This document shows positions 37,736 to 48,065 of a stretch of 64,000 nucleotides of DNA, one piece after another; the first letter of the stretch is position 1; every line of letters starts with the position of its first letter. The translations under genes and the position numbers were made by a program. Under the pieces are notes generated by a model. That model was not told the DNA's origin. It saw only the letters and a list, made by a program, of their open reading frames with translations, and searched no databases. Source of the DNA: Coriobacteriia bacterium (GTDB lineage: Bacteria > Actinomycetota > Coriobacteriia > WRKU01 > WQUG01); NCBI GenBank assembly GCA_009779855.1, contig WRBC01000005.1, positions 43,115 to 107,114 of the forward strand, written 5' to 3'.

Positions 37736-39025
37736 ATGGAACTTATAGTAGCGCTTGTGATTGGTGCTGTACTTGGTGTAGCCTCAGGCTTTGCTTTTGC
37801 TAGCTTTGCAGCACAGAAGAAAGCTGAACCTATACGTCACCGTGCAGAGAAGGCGCAAAGCCTAGAACAAGACCTTGCTTCTGTGCAGTCGGAACTTGCT
37901 GGCACAAAGACCACTCTTGTTGCTGCGCAATCAGAGGTCATAACCTTGCGTGAAACGCAGGCGCGTGCACAGGCACAGGCACAGGCATATCAAGAGCAGC
38001 TAATAAAAACTGAAGCACAGCTGGCACAGATTAATCAGCAAAAAGCTGCTGATCTCGAGCAGGAAAATAAGGTAATAGAAAAGCTTGCTCCTGTGTCAAA
38101 AAGCGTTGATACCATGAAACAAAAAATTGCAGAGATGGAAGAGGCTCGTCTGCGCCAGGAAGAAAACCTACATAAGACGATTGACCAGCTGCAAGCAACT
38201 ACGAGCACTCTTGCGGGGACTCTAACCAAATCGCAGGAACGTGGCCGCTGGGGAGAAGTTCAGCTAGAGCAAATCTTTGAGAGCGCAGGTCTTATAGAGG
38301 GTGTGCATTTTGATCGTCAATCGACAACAGCTGCAGGTTTAGCAGGGGGTGGCGGCACACGAATCAGACCAGATTTTATACTGAGACTGCCCAATAAACG
38401 TGTTGTTCCCATTGATGCTAAGGTGCCTTTTGATGCCTACGATAGAGCCTGTGAAATCCCTTTGAGCTCCGGTCCAGATGACCTCCTTCGCCGTGAAGAA
38501 TTGCTTAAGAAGCATGCCTTGGCGCTGAAAGATCACGTAAAGGCACTTTCACGTAAAGAGTATGGCGAATCATTGGACGGTGCTCCAGATTTTGTGGTGG
38601 CCTTTCTGCCAGCAGAAGCACTGCTTTCGGCTGCCTTAGAGGCAGATTCACAATTGGTGGATTATGCCTTTTCTCAGCGGGTAGCCCTGGCGAGTCCCGT
38701 GACACTGTGGTCGATTGTGAAGTCTATTGCCTATGCCTGGCAGCAGCAGGAGGCAAGCGACAACGCTCAGGAAATTGTCGATGTAGGTAAGCAGCTACTT
38801 AATCACATGGCAAATCTAGCCAAGAAAAGCAACAACCTCAAAAGAAGTCTTGATAGCACCGTTAAGAATTACAATGAGTTTGCGGCGACCCTTGAGACAA
38901 GGGTTTTGGTGCAAGCTCATAAATTACAAAAGCTTGACATGAGCAAAGAACTTCCAACAGCAGATCAAAGCGAGATGACAACGCGTGAATATGTCAAGCC
39001 AGAATTGAGCGAAGGCAATGATTAG
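37736..39025 (+). CDS. rmuC: DNA recombination protein RmuC
   Basis: N-terminal TM, long coiled-coil (Q/A/E-rich), C-terminal RmuC domain ('RPDFILRLPNKRVVPIDAKVPFDAY', 'DFVVAFLPAEALLSAALE'). Confidence 0.85.
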   Translation: MELIVALVIGAVLGVASGFAFASFAAQKKAEPIRHRAEKAQSLEQDLASVQSELAGTKTTLVAAQSEVITLRETQARAQAQAQAYQEQLIKTEAQLAQINQQKAADLEQENKVIEKLAPVSKSVDTMKQKIAEMEEARLRQEENLHKTIDQLQATTSTLAGTLTKSQERGRWGEVQLEQIFESAGLIEGVHFDRQSTTAAGLAGGGGTRIRPDFILRLPNKRVVPIDAKVPFDAYDRACEIPLSSGPDDLLRREELLKKHALALKDHVKALSRKEYGESLDGAPDFVVAFLPAEALLSAALEADSQLVDYAFSQRVALASPVTLWSIVKSIAYAWQQQEASDNAQEIVDVGKQLLNHMANLAKKSNNLKRSLDSTVKNYNEFAATLETRVLVQAHKLQKLDMSKELPTADQSEMTTREYVKPELSEGND

Positions 39026-39079
39026 TTTGCTATCATATTAAGCCACATTTCTATTTCTACTAGAGCAAAGGAGTACCCT

Positions 39080-39319
39080 ATGTCCATTGATAAAAAACTT
39101 GTTGAAGAAACACTTGCAACTATTCGTCCACGCCTGCAGGCAGACGGAGGCGACATTGCCCTAAAAGAAATCCAAGAAGACGGAACAGTCCTTGTTGAGT
39201 TGCAGGGTGCGTGTCGTGGCTGCCCTATGGCAGGACTTACTATGGCATCACAGGTTGAGTGTGTTTTGAAAGAGAACGTCCCAGGAGTAACTAAGGTTGT
39301 TAACGCAAGCGCAATGTAG
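39080..39319 (+). CDS. NifU-like (Nfu-type) Fe-S cluster domain protein
   Basis: 'ATIRPRLQADGGDIALKEI' and 'CRGCPMAGLTM' CxxC. RBS AAAGGAG. Confidence 0.8.
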   Translation: MSIDKKLVEETLATIRPRLQADGGDIALKEIQEDGTVLVELQGACRGCPMAGLTMASQVECVLKENVPGVTKVVNASAM

Positions 39320-39361
39320 CATTCTAATGGCACCTAGCTAATGCGAATAGAGCAAACTTTT

Positions 39362-39395
39362 AGAGGGCGCCCAGTTTAGGGCGCTCTCTTGCTAT
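39362..39395 (+). terminator. Possible weak intrinsic terminator downstream of the NifU-like gene
   Basis: 11-bp hairpin AGAGGGCGCCC / GGGCGCTCTCT (one G.U pair) with an AGTTTA loop, then a U-poor tail CTTGCTATTAT. Confidence 0.3.
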
Positions 39396-39460
39396 TATGG
39401 ACAGTATCGTTTTACACAACAAGCGCAGCAAAGTGCGATAAAAGGTCCCAAGGAGCCATC

Positions 39461-40510
39461 ATGATTATTATTCTAAAGCCAGAGATAGATCAGCAGGAAC
39501 TAGATAATCTTATGACTTGGCTGCGCAATATGGGCCTAGAGATTCACATGAGCGAGGGAGCAAACACGACCATAATGGGTCTTGTGGGTGATACTTCAAC
39601 GGTGGATATCAACTTACTGCGCGCCTTAGACTGCGTTGCTGACGTCAAGCGCATCCAAGAGCCCTTCAAAAAAGCCAACCGTAAATTCCACCCTCAAGAC
39701 ACAGTAATTACTCTAGCGAGCAGCGATGCTGAAGGCACAAGCTATGAGGCAAAGATTGGCGGTGGTCACTTCATGACAATCGCTGGCCCCTGTTCTGTTG
39801 AGTCACGTGAACAAATCAGTGAAGTTGCAGCAGCAGTAAAAGGCAGTGGCGCGCAAGCCTTGCGGGGTGGCGCCTTTAAGCCGCGTACTTCTCCCTATGC
39901 TTTTCAAGGGATGCAAGAAGAAGGGATCGAGCTACTGATAGAGGCTCGCAAGGCAACAGGACTCCCCATCGTTACCGAGATTATGGACTTGAATCAGTTA
40001 GATTATTTTGAAGATGTTGATGTCATTCAGGTGGGCGCGCGTAATATGCAAAACTTTGTCCTATTGCGTGAACTAGGCAAGATCAAAAAGCCCATTTTGC
40101 TCAAGCGTGGCTTTGCAGCGACCATTGAAGAATTGCTCATGAGTGCTGAATACTTAATGGCGGGGGGCAATGAACAAGTTATTCTCTGCGAGCGTGGAGT
40201 ACGCACCTTTGAGCCTCTAACGCGTAATACTTTAGATCTTTCTGCTATTCCGATTATTAAGGAATTGTCACACTTGCCTGTTGTGGTGGACCCAAGCCAC
40301 GCAACAGGGGTGGCGCGCTATGTGCGCCCCATGTCGCTGGCAGCAGTTGCGGCAGGGGCAGATGGCCTTCTCATAGAGGTACATAATAGTCCAAAGACAG
40401 CACTCTGTGACGGGCAGCAATCAATAACCCCAGAGGAATTCGATAAACTGGCAAAAGACATTGACGCTATGCGTATAGCCATCGGCCAGTGCAACAGACC
40501 CAATGCTTAA
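39461..40510 (+). CDS. 3-deoxy-7-phosphoheptulonate (DAHP) synthase, class I-beta type with an N-terminal ferredoxin-like/ACT regulatory domain
   Basis: 'MIIILKPEIDQQELDNLMTWLRNMGLEIHM' regulatory domain. KDO8PS/DAHPS-type barrel ('IAGPCSVES', 'GAFKPRTSPY', 'VVDPSHATG'). RBS AGGAG before the ATG at 39461. Confidence 0.85.
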   Translation: MIIILKPEIDQQELDNLMTWLRNMGLEIHMSEGANTTIMGLVGDTSTVDINLLRALDCVADVKRIQEPFKKANRKFHPQDTVITLASSDAEGTSYEAKIGGGHFMTIAGPCSVESREQISEVAAAVKGSGAQALRGGAFKPRTSPYAFQGMQEEGIELLIEARKATGLPIVTEIMDLNQLDYFEDVDVIQVGARNMQNFVLLRELGKIKKPILLKRGFAATIEELLMSAEYLMAGGNEQVILCERGVRTFEPLTRNTLDLSAIPIIKELSHLPVVVDPSHATGVARYVRPMSLAAVAAGADGLLIEVHNSPKTALCDGQQSITPEEFDKLAKDIDAMRIAIGQCNRPNA

Positions 40511-40524
40511 GGAGTAGTACCTAT

Positions 40525-41439
40525 ATGGATGAGACAACACTCAATCTAGACAAGCCGACTTTTGCTGATGATAAAACGGTAGGCATTGTGGGACTGGGTC
40601 TTATCGGAGGTTCGCTGGCAAAAGCCCTTAAGGTTAATACAGCAAATCGCGTACTGGGCTATGACATCAACCCTAATGTAGTAAAGCAGGCGCTGGCAGA
40701 GGATGTCCTTGACGCCACTCTTGCCCTGTCGGAAACCAATGGCCTTCAGTCAGGAGCCCCATCTGCACAACTGCATGAGTGCGATATGATTCTCATTGCG
40801 CTATATCCAGAGGCAACTATCGACTTTGTGCGCGCGAATTGGGATAAATTCAAAAAGGGCACCGTCATAATTGATTGTGCTGGTGTTAAAGCAGAGATTT
40901 GTGCAGAGCTTTCCGCACAGGCTGCAGAACGTGACCTTTACTTTGTAGGCGGCCATCCCATGACAGGGATTGAACGCACAGGCTATGAGCATTCTTTCGC
41001 ACACCTGTTCAGCGGGGGAACCATGATTCTGTGCCGCGACGAGCACACCAATATCATTGCACTAAAAGCAGCAGAAATGCTTTTCACAGGAATTGGTTTC
41101 TTGAAAATAACAATCACCAGTGCTGAAGAGCATGACCGTGTAATCGCCTTTACTTCTCAACTACCGCATGTTGTTGCGGGTGCTTTTATTCGCAGTGAAA
41201 CAGTAAAACAGCAGCTGGGCTTTTCAGCGGGCAGCTACCAAGACCTAACCCGTGTTGCCTTTCTGAATGAACCTATGTGGACTGAGTTATTTATGGCGAA
41301 CCGTCAGAATCTCATAGCAGAGATTGAAGGACTGCGTACACGCCTGGAAGAGTATGTCCAAATACTCGAAGAAGGCGATGAACAAAAGATGCTTGCTCTA
41401 CTTGCAGAAGGCAAGCAGGCAAAGCAACATTATGGCTAA
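40525..41439 (+). CDS. tyrA: Prephenate dehydrogenase
   Basis: Rossmann 'VGIVGLGLIGGSLAKAL', 'GGHPMTG', 'SQLPHVVA'. RBS AAGGAG. 8-nt overlap with aroA. Confidence 0.85.
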   Translation: MDETTLNLDKPTFADDKTVGIVGLGLIGGSLAKALKVNTANRVLGYDINPNVVKQALAEDVLDATLALSETNGLQSGAPSAQLHECDMILIALYPEATIDFVRANWDKFKKGTVIIDCAGVKAEICAELSAQAAERDLYFVGGHPMTGIERTGYEHSFAHLFSGGTMILCRDEHTNIIALKAAEMLFTGIGFLKITITSAEEHDRVIAFTSQLPHVVAGAFIRSETVKQQLGFSAGSYQDLTRVAFLNEPMWTELFMANRQNLIAEIEGLRTRLEEYVQILEEGDEQKMLALLAEGKQAKQHYG

Positions 41440-42673
41440 AGACACCTTAGTCCTTCAGGGTAATCAGCATTGTGACATTGTCGTAGAGCCAGGACGCCTG
41501 TCAGGTAGCATAGAGGCCATTCCTTCAAAGTCATATGTTCAGCGCATTTATATTGCCGCCGCCTTAGCTGATGAAACTACAACAGTAACCAGAAGTGATT
41601 ATTTGTCTAACGACATGCTTGCAGCCTTGCTTGCCCTAGAGTCTGCGGGTGCTGGTTTTAGAATTTCACCCAACTTTGACACAATCATTCCACTTGGTAC
41701 GGACGCACATAAGTTATCCACCGTTAATTGTGGAGAGAGCGGAACGGTGGCTCGACTACTTCTGCCTGTGTTGACAGCGTTTTTTGAGGGCGGTATCTTG
41801 ACAGGGGAGGGTAGTCTGCTTAAGCGACCTTTTGAAGCCTTGTGCAAAACACTTGAGCAGGGCGGAGGTATTCACTTCGACCAATACTCCCTGCCTGTTT
41901 GCTGGGAAGGTTGTCTGCAGCCAGGCACCTATCATCTGCCGGGTAACGAAAGTTCTCAGTATATATCTGGACTTCTTTTTGCCCTGCCCTTACTTCCTGA
42001 AGACAGTATCGTAGTTCTTACATCGCCGCTGCAGTCAGTAGGTTACGTCGACATGACCCTTGATATCTTGAGGCAATTTGGAATCACCGTTGAGTTTGAT
42101 GAGTCAAACACCTATTACATTAGGGGTGATCAGCAGTATAGATCTCCAGGAGACATTACTGCCGAAGGGGATTGGTCGAACTCTGCCTTTTGGCTTGCGG
42201 CAAATGTAGAAGTAGTCGGACTTAAGGCCGACTCCTTACAGCGTGATCGTAGTTTCTTGCAGGTGAGGGATCAGGCAGTAATTGACGCGACAGATATTCC
42301 GGATCTTGTTCCTATACTTTCTGTATGTGCTGCATTACGTACAGGGATGACACGCATCTGCGGCATTAAGCGACTGCGCTTGAAAGAAAGCGACCGTATT
42401 GAGACCACGCTTGCAATGCTAGAAGCCCTGGGCTGCAAAGCAGAGCTTTGCTCTGACAGCAAGGACGAAATAGTTATTCATGGTTCAGGGACTATCCCAG
42501 GAGGAGAGACTGTCGATGGTGCTAACGATCATCGCATTGTAATGGCCGCTGCGATTGCGGCAAGTTTTGCAGAGGCTCCTGTAGCTATCAGCGGTGCGCA
42601 GGCTGTTGCGAAAACCTACGCGCACTTTTTCAGTGACTTTCAAGATCTAGGAGGGAAGGTTTATGTCGTCTAG
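41432..42673 (+). CDS. aroA: 3-phosphoshikimate 1-carboxyvinyltransferase (EPSP synthase)
   Basis: 'PSKSYVQR' and 'GESGTVARLLLP' motifs. ATGGCTAA overlap with the tyrA stop. Confidence 0.9.
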   Translation: MAKDTLVLQGNQHCDIVVEPGRLSGSIEAIPSKSYVQRIYIAAALADETTTVTRSDYLSNDMLAALLALESAGAGFRISPNFDTIIPLGTDAHKLSTVNCGESGTVARLLLPVLTAFFEGGILTGEGSLLKRPFEALCKTLEQGGGIHFDQYSLPVCWEGCLQPGTYHLPGNESSQYISGLLFALPLLPEDSIVVLTSPLQSVGYVDMTLDILRQFGITVEFDESNTYYIRGDQQYRSPGDITAEGDWSNSAFWLAANVEVVGLKADSLQRDRSFLQVRDQAVIDATDIPDLVPILSVCAALRTGMTRICGIKRLRLKESDRIETTLAMLEALGCKAELCSDSKDEIVIHGSGTIPGGETVDGANDHRIVMAAAIAASFAEAPVAISGAQAVAKTYAHFFSDFQDLGGKVYVV

Positions 42674-43760
42674 CTTTGGGAAGAATATTAGACTGCAGGT
42701 CTTTGGACAGTCGCATTCAGAGATGCTTGGCGTGGTTATCGATGGTCTGCCTGCCGGCCTTCACATTGACGGGCAAAAAATTCAAGCGTTTCTTGACCGT
42801 AGGCGCGGGGGGCAAAATGCCTACTCTACCCCACGTGTAGAGGCAGATGTGCCCAACATTGTCTCAGGGGTCGTGGACGGAGTAACCTGCGGTGCTCCAC
42901 TTTGCGCGCTTTTTGAGAATGCCAATATTCGCAGTAAAGACTATGATGAATTGCGGCATGTGCCCAGACCTTCACATGCAGACTTTTATGCAGGCAGGAA
43001 GCATCACGGTGCGCAAGACTTTCGCGGAGGCGGCCACTTTTCTGGGCGTATGACCTTGGCTCTTTGCTTTGCAGGCGCTGTTTGTATGCAGTTGCTGGAA
43101 AGTTGGAATGTCCACATTGGAGCCCACATAGAGCAGATTTACAATGTACAAGATCTGCCCTATGACTCATTGAATGTAAGCCAAGATCAACTAAAGTATA
43201 AAGGGTTCCCTGTTAACGATCCTTCTGTTGCAGAGGCCATGAAGCAAGCAATGCTTGACGCTGCAGCTGAAGGTGATTCTGTAGGCGGCATTATAGAGTG
43301 CGCTGTTATTGGCCTACCAGCAGGTGTTGGATCTCCTCTTTTTGCTGGCATTGAAAATCAGCTAGCGCAAGCAATATTTGCTGTTCCTGCTGTGCGCGGG
43401 ATAGAGTTTGGTGCAGGGTTTGAAGCTGCAGGGATGTTGGGTAGTGAACATAATGACCCTTTCTATCTTGATGTAGCCCAATCTGCCGGTGCAACTCAGT
43501 CTGTCCAGCATAAATCTAACAATGCAGGGGGAGTTGTAGGGGGACTTACCACGGGTGCACCACTCATCTTTAGGGCTGCAATAAAACCTACCCCCTCTAT
43601 TTCAAAAGAGCAGAGTTCAGTGAATCTTAACTCTTTGGAAGAGGTTAAATTATCCATAACAGGACGACATGATCCCTGCATAGTGCCCCGTGCAGTTCCC
43701 TGCATTGAGGCTGTTGCAGCTTTTGTGCTCGCAGATATGTTGGTGCAAGACTATGCTTAA
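42663..43760 (+). CDS. aroC: Chorismate synthase
   Basis: 'FGQSHSEMLGVVIDGLPAG', 'GGQNAYSTPR', 'GRHDPCIVPRAVP'. Confidence 0.9.
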   Translation: MSSSFGKNIRLQVFGQSHSEMLGVVIDGLPAGLHIDGQKIQAFLDRRRGGQNAYSTPRVEADVPNIVSGVVDGVTCGAPLCALFENANIRSKDYDELRHVPRPSHADFYAGRKHHGAQDFRGGGHFSGRMTLALCFAGAVCMQLLESWNVHIGAHIEQIYNVQDLPYDSLNVSQDQLKYKGFPVNDPSVAEAMKQAMLDAAAEGDSVGGIIECAVIGLPAGVGSPLFAGIENQLAQAIFAVPAVRGIEFGAGFEAAGMLGSEHNDPFYLDVAQSAGATQSVQHKSNNAGGVVGGLTTGAPLIFRAAIKPTPSISKEQSSVNLNSLEEVKLSITGRHDPCIVPRAVPCIEAVAAFVLADMLVQDYA

Positions 43761-44085
43761 TGATGGTCGTGAACTTGAATATAATGCTGACTCGTTGCAG
43801 ACCGACGTCAATTCACAAGAGTTTACTGCCGAACAGCAGCTCGATATTCTAAGGCAGGAAATTGATCAGGTTGACAATCAGATAAGAGGCCTGTTCTTAC
43901 AGCGCATGAAGACGGTACAGCAGGTTGCAGAGGTAAAGCGCGATGCAGGCATTCCTGTATTGCATAGCGGGCGTGAAGAAGAGGTATTGAAGCGTTTGAC
44001 CAGTGGTCTTACCGTGCAGCAAGAACAAGAGGTAAAAGCTCTTTACCAGAAACTCTTCGAGATATCTCGTAAGCGACAGAGCTAG
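43753..44085 (+). CDS. Monofunctional AroQ-class chorismate mutase
   Basis: 'LDILRQEIDQVDNQIRGLFLQRMKTVQQVAEVK' is typical of AroQ. ATG at 43753 overlaps the aroC stop. Confidence 0.75.
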   Translation: MLNDGRELEYNADSLQTDVNSQEFTAEQQLDILRQEIDQVDNQIRGLFLQRMKTVQQVAEVKRDAGIPVLHSGREEEVLKRLTSGLTVQQEQEVKALYQKLFEISRKRQS

Positions 44086-44253
44086 TATTTCATATTTTCT
44101 TCATATTTAGCTAGGATAACCTTAAGATAGCTCATAATAGAGTGCGAAAATTACAGAGTTGTTCTAATATGGAACACAGCGTATCGTTCCTGCGCACAAT
44201 TTGGATTTTTGGTTGCGGTTATAAATCGTCTACACTGCAACCAATGATAGTAA

Positions 44254-45453
44254 ATGAGTAGTAGAACTAAACAAAGAAGAAACGCGAGGAAGAAGATGAT
44301 TAAGGCTATGAAAGGTGCCCGCGCTAAACTTTCTTTTGCGCTCGCACTTGCACTGGTCATGGGTCTTACAGCCGCTGGTACGGCTTTTGCAGATCCAGCC
44401 CCAATCTACGTTAATCCAAACAGTTATGCAGAGATCACAAAGGTTCTCGAGAGACCCATGGGGGTACACCTGCCAGAGCCAGCAGATGCAGGATTCAATT
44501 TCTCTGCAACACCGCAGGCTTTTGATGGGGGCACGATTCCCTCAGGATTAAGCTTTCCAGACATTGCATCAATCTCTCTAAATACCAATGATGGGGTTCT
44601 TCCTGATGTTTGGGAACGCACTTATCCTGAGAATTGGGGAGTCGACTCCATCGAAAGATCTGTTAGATTTGACCTCGCTGACTTGACCTTCAGTCGTGCG
44701 GGACAGTATGACTATTTGGTAGAACAGCAGCCCAATAGTCACGAGGACATCACTGACTCGAGCGAGAGGTATATATTGCGCCTAACCGTTGGGCAAAACA
44801 ACGCCATCAGCAATGTGCAATTCTTTGACTTCCGTGCGGGTAGCATGGGCGCTGCAATTGATTCTCCTCGCTTTATAAGCACCTATACGCCTGTGGGATC
44901 GCTTAGCATTACGAGTGAAGTAGCGGGCGCTGATGCTGATGAACATAAGGACTTCGATTTTAGAATCAGGCTAACCAGCACATCTTTTGCAGATTTTGAT
45001 GGCACAGTGGACGCGACGATTACTAATGCCGCAGGTTCGGGAGCATCAAGCCACACTATCACCTACAATCAGTGGTATAGCTTTACCTTGCAGCATGGCT
45101 GGAAAATGGAAATCAGCAATCTGCCTTTGGGTACTGCCTTCATGGTAAATGAGCCAGCTCCAACAGATTACATTCCTTCAGTTGATGTTACCGTAGATGG
45201 GAATATCTCCTTTGTCTATTCTGTAGGTGACCTAGATAGAGCAATCACCTCAGAATCAGCTTTGGCACAGGCTTTCTTGGTAGAAGAGCGTGTAGTGGGT
45301 GCGGGAGAAAACCTCGTAGCCTTTAGTCACTACATGCCTGATACTCCAGAACCGCACATCGTGCAGGACAATCTGGTCTGGTTTGCTGTTGCAGGTATAG
45401 GGGCAGTATTCTTCATAGCCCTTGTAGTGTTTATGCGTAAGCGTCTTAATTAA
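44254..45453 (+). CDS. Secreted cell-surface protein with a C-terminal TM anchor (no LPXTG)
   Basis: Signal peptide 'LSFALALALVMGLTAAGTAFA'. C-terminal 'VWFAVAGIGAVFFIALVVFMRKRLN'. Preceded by a 170-nt AT-rich leader. Confidence 0.6.
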   Translation: MSSRTKQRRNARKKMIKAMKGARAKLSFALALALVMGLTAAGTAFADPAPIYVNPNSYAEITKVLERPMGVHLPEPADAGFNFSATPQAFDGGTIPSGLSFPDIASISLNTNDGVLPDVWERTYPENWGVDSIERSVRFDLADLTFSRAGQYDYLVEQQPNSHEDITDSSERYILRLTVGQNNAISNVQFFDFRAGSMGAAIDSPRFISTYTPVGSLSITSEVAGADADEHKDFDFRIRLTSTSFADFDGTVDATITNAAGSGASSHTITYNQWYSFTLQHGWKMEISNLPLGTAFMVNEPAPTDYIPSVDVTVDGNISFVYSVGDLDRAITSESALAQAFLVEERVVGAGENLVAFSHYMPDTPEPHIVQDNLVWFAVAGIGAVFFIALVVFMRKRLN

Positions 45454-45548
45454 TAAACTAAGTAGACTTTGCGAGCGACAGCGCAGAAATTAATCTAGAA
45501 GGTAAGCCGCTCCTTAAGGAGCGGCTTATTTAATGAAAGGATTTTGCC

Positions 45549-46865
45549 GTGGAATATAATGCCGTGTTTTGGGTAATTGTTGCGATTATCGCCTTGAGCT
45601 TTATTTGGGGACAGGTTCGTGCGGCACTTAATAGGTCACGCATGGGTGATACCTTACCAGCAGAGCTTGTGGGCATCTATGATACAGATGACTATGCACG
45701 CCAGCAGCAGTACCAGCGAACCTATGGTAAGTTTTCACTCATCAGTGGAAGCGTTTCAACCCTGGCATTTTTGCTGGTGTTATTCTTCGGTGTGCTCGGC
45801 AACCTTGAGGGCGTTTTACAACAGGTCACGAGCCATTATGTTTTACTGCCTTTGCTTTTTGTTGTCGTTATTGTAGTTGTGGCAACCTTGCTTTCTCTGC
45901 CGTTTGAATATTACAGCACCTTTGTTATTGAGGAGCAATTTGGCTTTAACAAGTCGACCAAAATAACATTTTTTCTTGACGCACTAAAAAACCTATTGCT
46001 TTTACTAGTTTTGGCAGGGGTTGTTGTGAGCATCGTGTCATTTCTCTATCATCTTTCGCCACAGTGGTTTTGGGTATGGGCTTGGATTGCATTAACTTTC
46101 TTCAGTGTCGGCATTACCTACTTCTATTCTCAACTCATAGTTCCTCTTTTCAATAAGCAGACTCCTCTTAAAGAAGAAGGGGAGGAGGGGAAGCTAAGGA
46201 CTGCACTTATGCAATTAGCGGAAAAGACTGTTTTTCCTATTTCGGATGTTTATGTCATTGATGGATCAAAGCGTAGCACGAAGGCAAATGCTTACTTTGC
46301 AGGTTTCGGAAAGCGCAAGCGTATTTGTCTGTACGATACCTTAATTGATGATCTTGACACAGAGGAAATTGCAGCAGTTCTTGCGCATGAGATTGGGCAC
46401 TATAAGAAGCGTCACGTTCCTATTAATATGTTACTTGCTGTTGTGCAGCAAGGTTTCCAGCTGTGGCTTATGTCACTCTTCTTAGGCAGTGTTGCACTTG
46501 CCGCAGCGATGGGGTCAACTACAGGTGCCTCGTCTTTCATTTTAGGACTGATTGCGTTTAGTCTTCTCTATGGGCCGATTTCTGAGCTACTTTCTGTAGG
46601 GGGTAATGTTTTGTCCCGCCGCTTCGAATATCAAGCTGATGCCTTCGCAGCTAGCTATGGTTATGGTCAGGCATTGGTTGATGGACTCAAGACCATATCT
46701 GCAAAAGCACTTGCCAACATGACCCCGCATCCCATTGTGGTCTTTTGGACTTACTCTCATCCGCCCTTACTACAGCGAATGCAGGCGCTGGGAATTAGTG
46801 GTTTTACAGAAAAGCCAGAACTGGATGTAGAGGACGTGCCGGATACGTCAGATGGTGAACACTAG
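45549..46865 (+). CDS. M48-family (Ste24/HtpX-like) zinc metalloprotease
   Basis: Multi-TM with 'LAHEIGHYKKRH' HExxH and a downstream Glu. Confidence 0.8.
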   Translation: MEYNAVFWVIVAIIALSFIWGQVRAALNRSRMGDTLPAELVGIYDTDDYARQQQYQRTYGKFSLISGSVSTLAFLLVLFFGVLGNLEGVLQQVTSHYVLLPLLFVVVIVVVATLLSLPFEYYSTFVIEEQFGFNKSTKITFFLDALKNLLLLLVLAGVVVSIVSFLYHLSPQWFWVWAWIALTFFSVGITYFYSQLIVPLFNKQTPLKEEGEEGKLRTALMQLAEKTVFPISDVYVIDGSKRSTKANAYFAGFGKRKRICLYDTLIDDLDTEEIAAVLAHEIGHYKKRHVPINMLLAVVQQGFQLWLMSLFLGSVALAAAMGSTTGASSFILGLIAFSLLYGPISELLSVGGNVLSRRFEYQADAFAASYGYGQALVDGLKTISAKALANMTPHPIVVFWTYSHPPLLQRMQALGISGFTEKPELDVEDVPDTSDGEH

Positions 46866-46967
46866 CATTTGAGGACGAATGTCAGGGCAAGATTCAGGCA
46901 ACACAGGTGAAAGAAGGGCACTGGTTATCTTAAAACGTATATAATGAAACAGTAGTGTCAAATAGAC

Positions 46968-47732
46968 ATGCAAGTGGCCGCAAACCCACAAGTAGGAGGC
47001 AGCAATATGTCCTTAGGCTCAAACAATCAATCTTCTGCAGATGAATCTTCTTCAAGTCAGCACAGTTCCCCCAACCCTTCTTCGGATGGACTTCGTTTAG
47101 GCGAACATTTTCTAAACGAGCCTTCTCCAGGTGACGGCAAGCTTTCACGAAAGAAAATTGCGCTTACGGCGGTAGCTGTAAGCGTTGTTGTTTTGCTGCT
47201 TTCGGCTTGTTCTGTTTTTGCACTATATTTCCTTTGGCATGGGCCAGGTATGATGCCCTGGGATAGTTATCGCTGGCATGACGATCCTCAAAGCAACATC
47301 GTGCTTATAGAAGAGTCTGATTCAGCGGCGATAGATTTCATTGTTGGTGAATATAAGGTGACAGAAGTTCAGTATATTTTTGAGAATCAAGAGTTCGATT
47401 CTGACTATGAAGGTCATGAGTGGATACTCCAAAGGTATGTGCTCAATTCTGATTCAAGCTTTGAAAGAATTTTCCCCGATTCCTTTGTAGAGAAGGGCAC
47501 CTTTACTATAGAAAATATTTCTGACGATGAGCTGGCTGCCAGAGGCGACCGAGGAATCAGTCGTTTTTTCGATGAGCGCTCAGAAGCAGAAACCTACCGT
47601 ATGATTTTTAGCATTGAGGAAGGTCCTCGTGACTTTCATGAAGAGATAATCGTGTCCCATGCAGGGGATGAAGACATAGCTTTCTATTTCCCTGAATTTG
47701 GGGATATTGAAATGCTCATTAGAGCAAGGTAG
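46968..47732 (+). CDS. Hypothetical membrane-anchored protein with an S-rich N-terminus
   Basis: 'SSADESSSSQHSSPNPSS' low complexity, TM 'IALTAVAVSVVVLLLSACSVFALYF', acidic extracellular domain. Confidence 0.45.
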   Translation: MQVAANPQVGGSNMSLGSNNQSSADESSSSQHSSPNPSSDGLRLGEHFLNEPSPGDGKLSRKKIALTAVAVSVVVLLLSACSVFALYFLWHGPGMMPWDSYRWHDDPQSNIVLIEESDSAAIDFIVGEYKVTEVQYIFENQEFDSDYEGHEWILQRYVLNSDSSFERIFPDSFVEKGTFTIENISDDELAARGDRGISRFFDERSEAETYRMIFSIEEGPRDFHEEIIVSHAGDEDIAFYFPEFGDIEMLIRAR

Positions 47733-47789
47733 TAGACTTCCACAGCGCCTTTTTTGTTCATGCTTCTGCTACACTGTTTTAATACTCTA

Positions 47790-48015
47790 TTGGTTCTATG
47801 TGCTGCGGACCGGCACAAAGACGAAGAGGGAAGCTGGTGAAAATCCAGCGCAACCCCCGTTGCCGTAATAGGGAACGAGGATTAAGCACAGGCCACTGGC
47901 GCGGATTGCGCTGGGAAGGCGCTTGTCCTCATTTGACCCTTAAGCCGGAAGACCTGTCAAAGAGCCCTAAAAAGTATCTGTCTTTCGGCGGGAAAGACCG
48001 GATCTATCTTTTTAA
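47790..48015 (+). promoter_or_regulatory. Cobalamin (B12) riboswitch with a putative attenuator hairpin
   Basis: Core elements readable directly: 'AGAGGGAAG', 'GGTGAAAATCC', 'GCCACTG', 'GGGAAGGC', and B12-box 'AAGCCGGAAGACCTG'. Then a 7-bp hairpin GTCTTTC-GGCGG-GAAAGAC (47980-47998) and a T-run (48008-48012). Ends about 50 nt before the ATG at 48066. Confidence 0.85.
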
Positions 48016-48065
48016 GTAGATAATCCGGACATAAGACTCCGTCGCAAAGAGCGAGGAGGAAACAG

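Noticed and set aside
47798-48019. 73-aa ORF 'MCCGPAQRRRGKLVKIQRNPRCRNRERGL...' upstream of the large surface protein
   Set aside because: It coincides exactly with the cobalamin riboswitch conserved core. Its Arg/Gly-rich translation is a by-product of GC-rich structured RNA.
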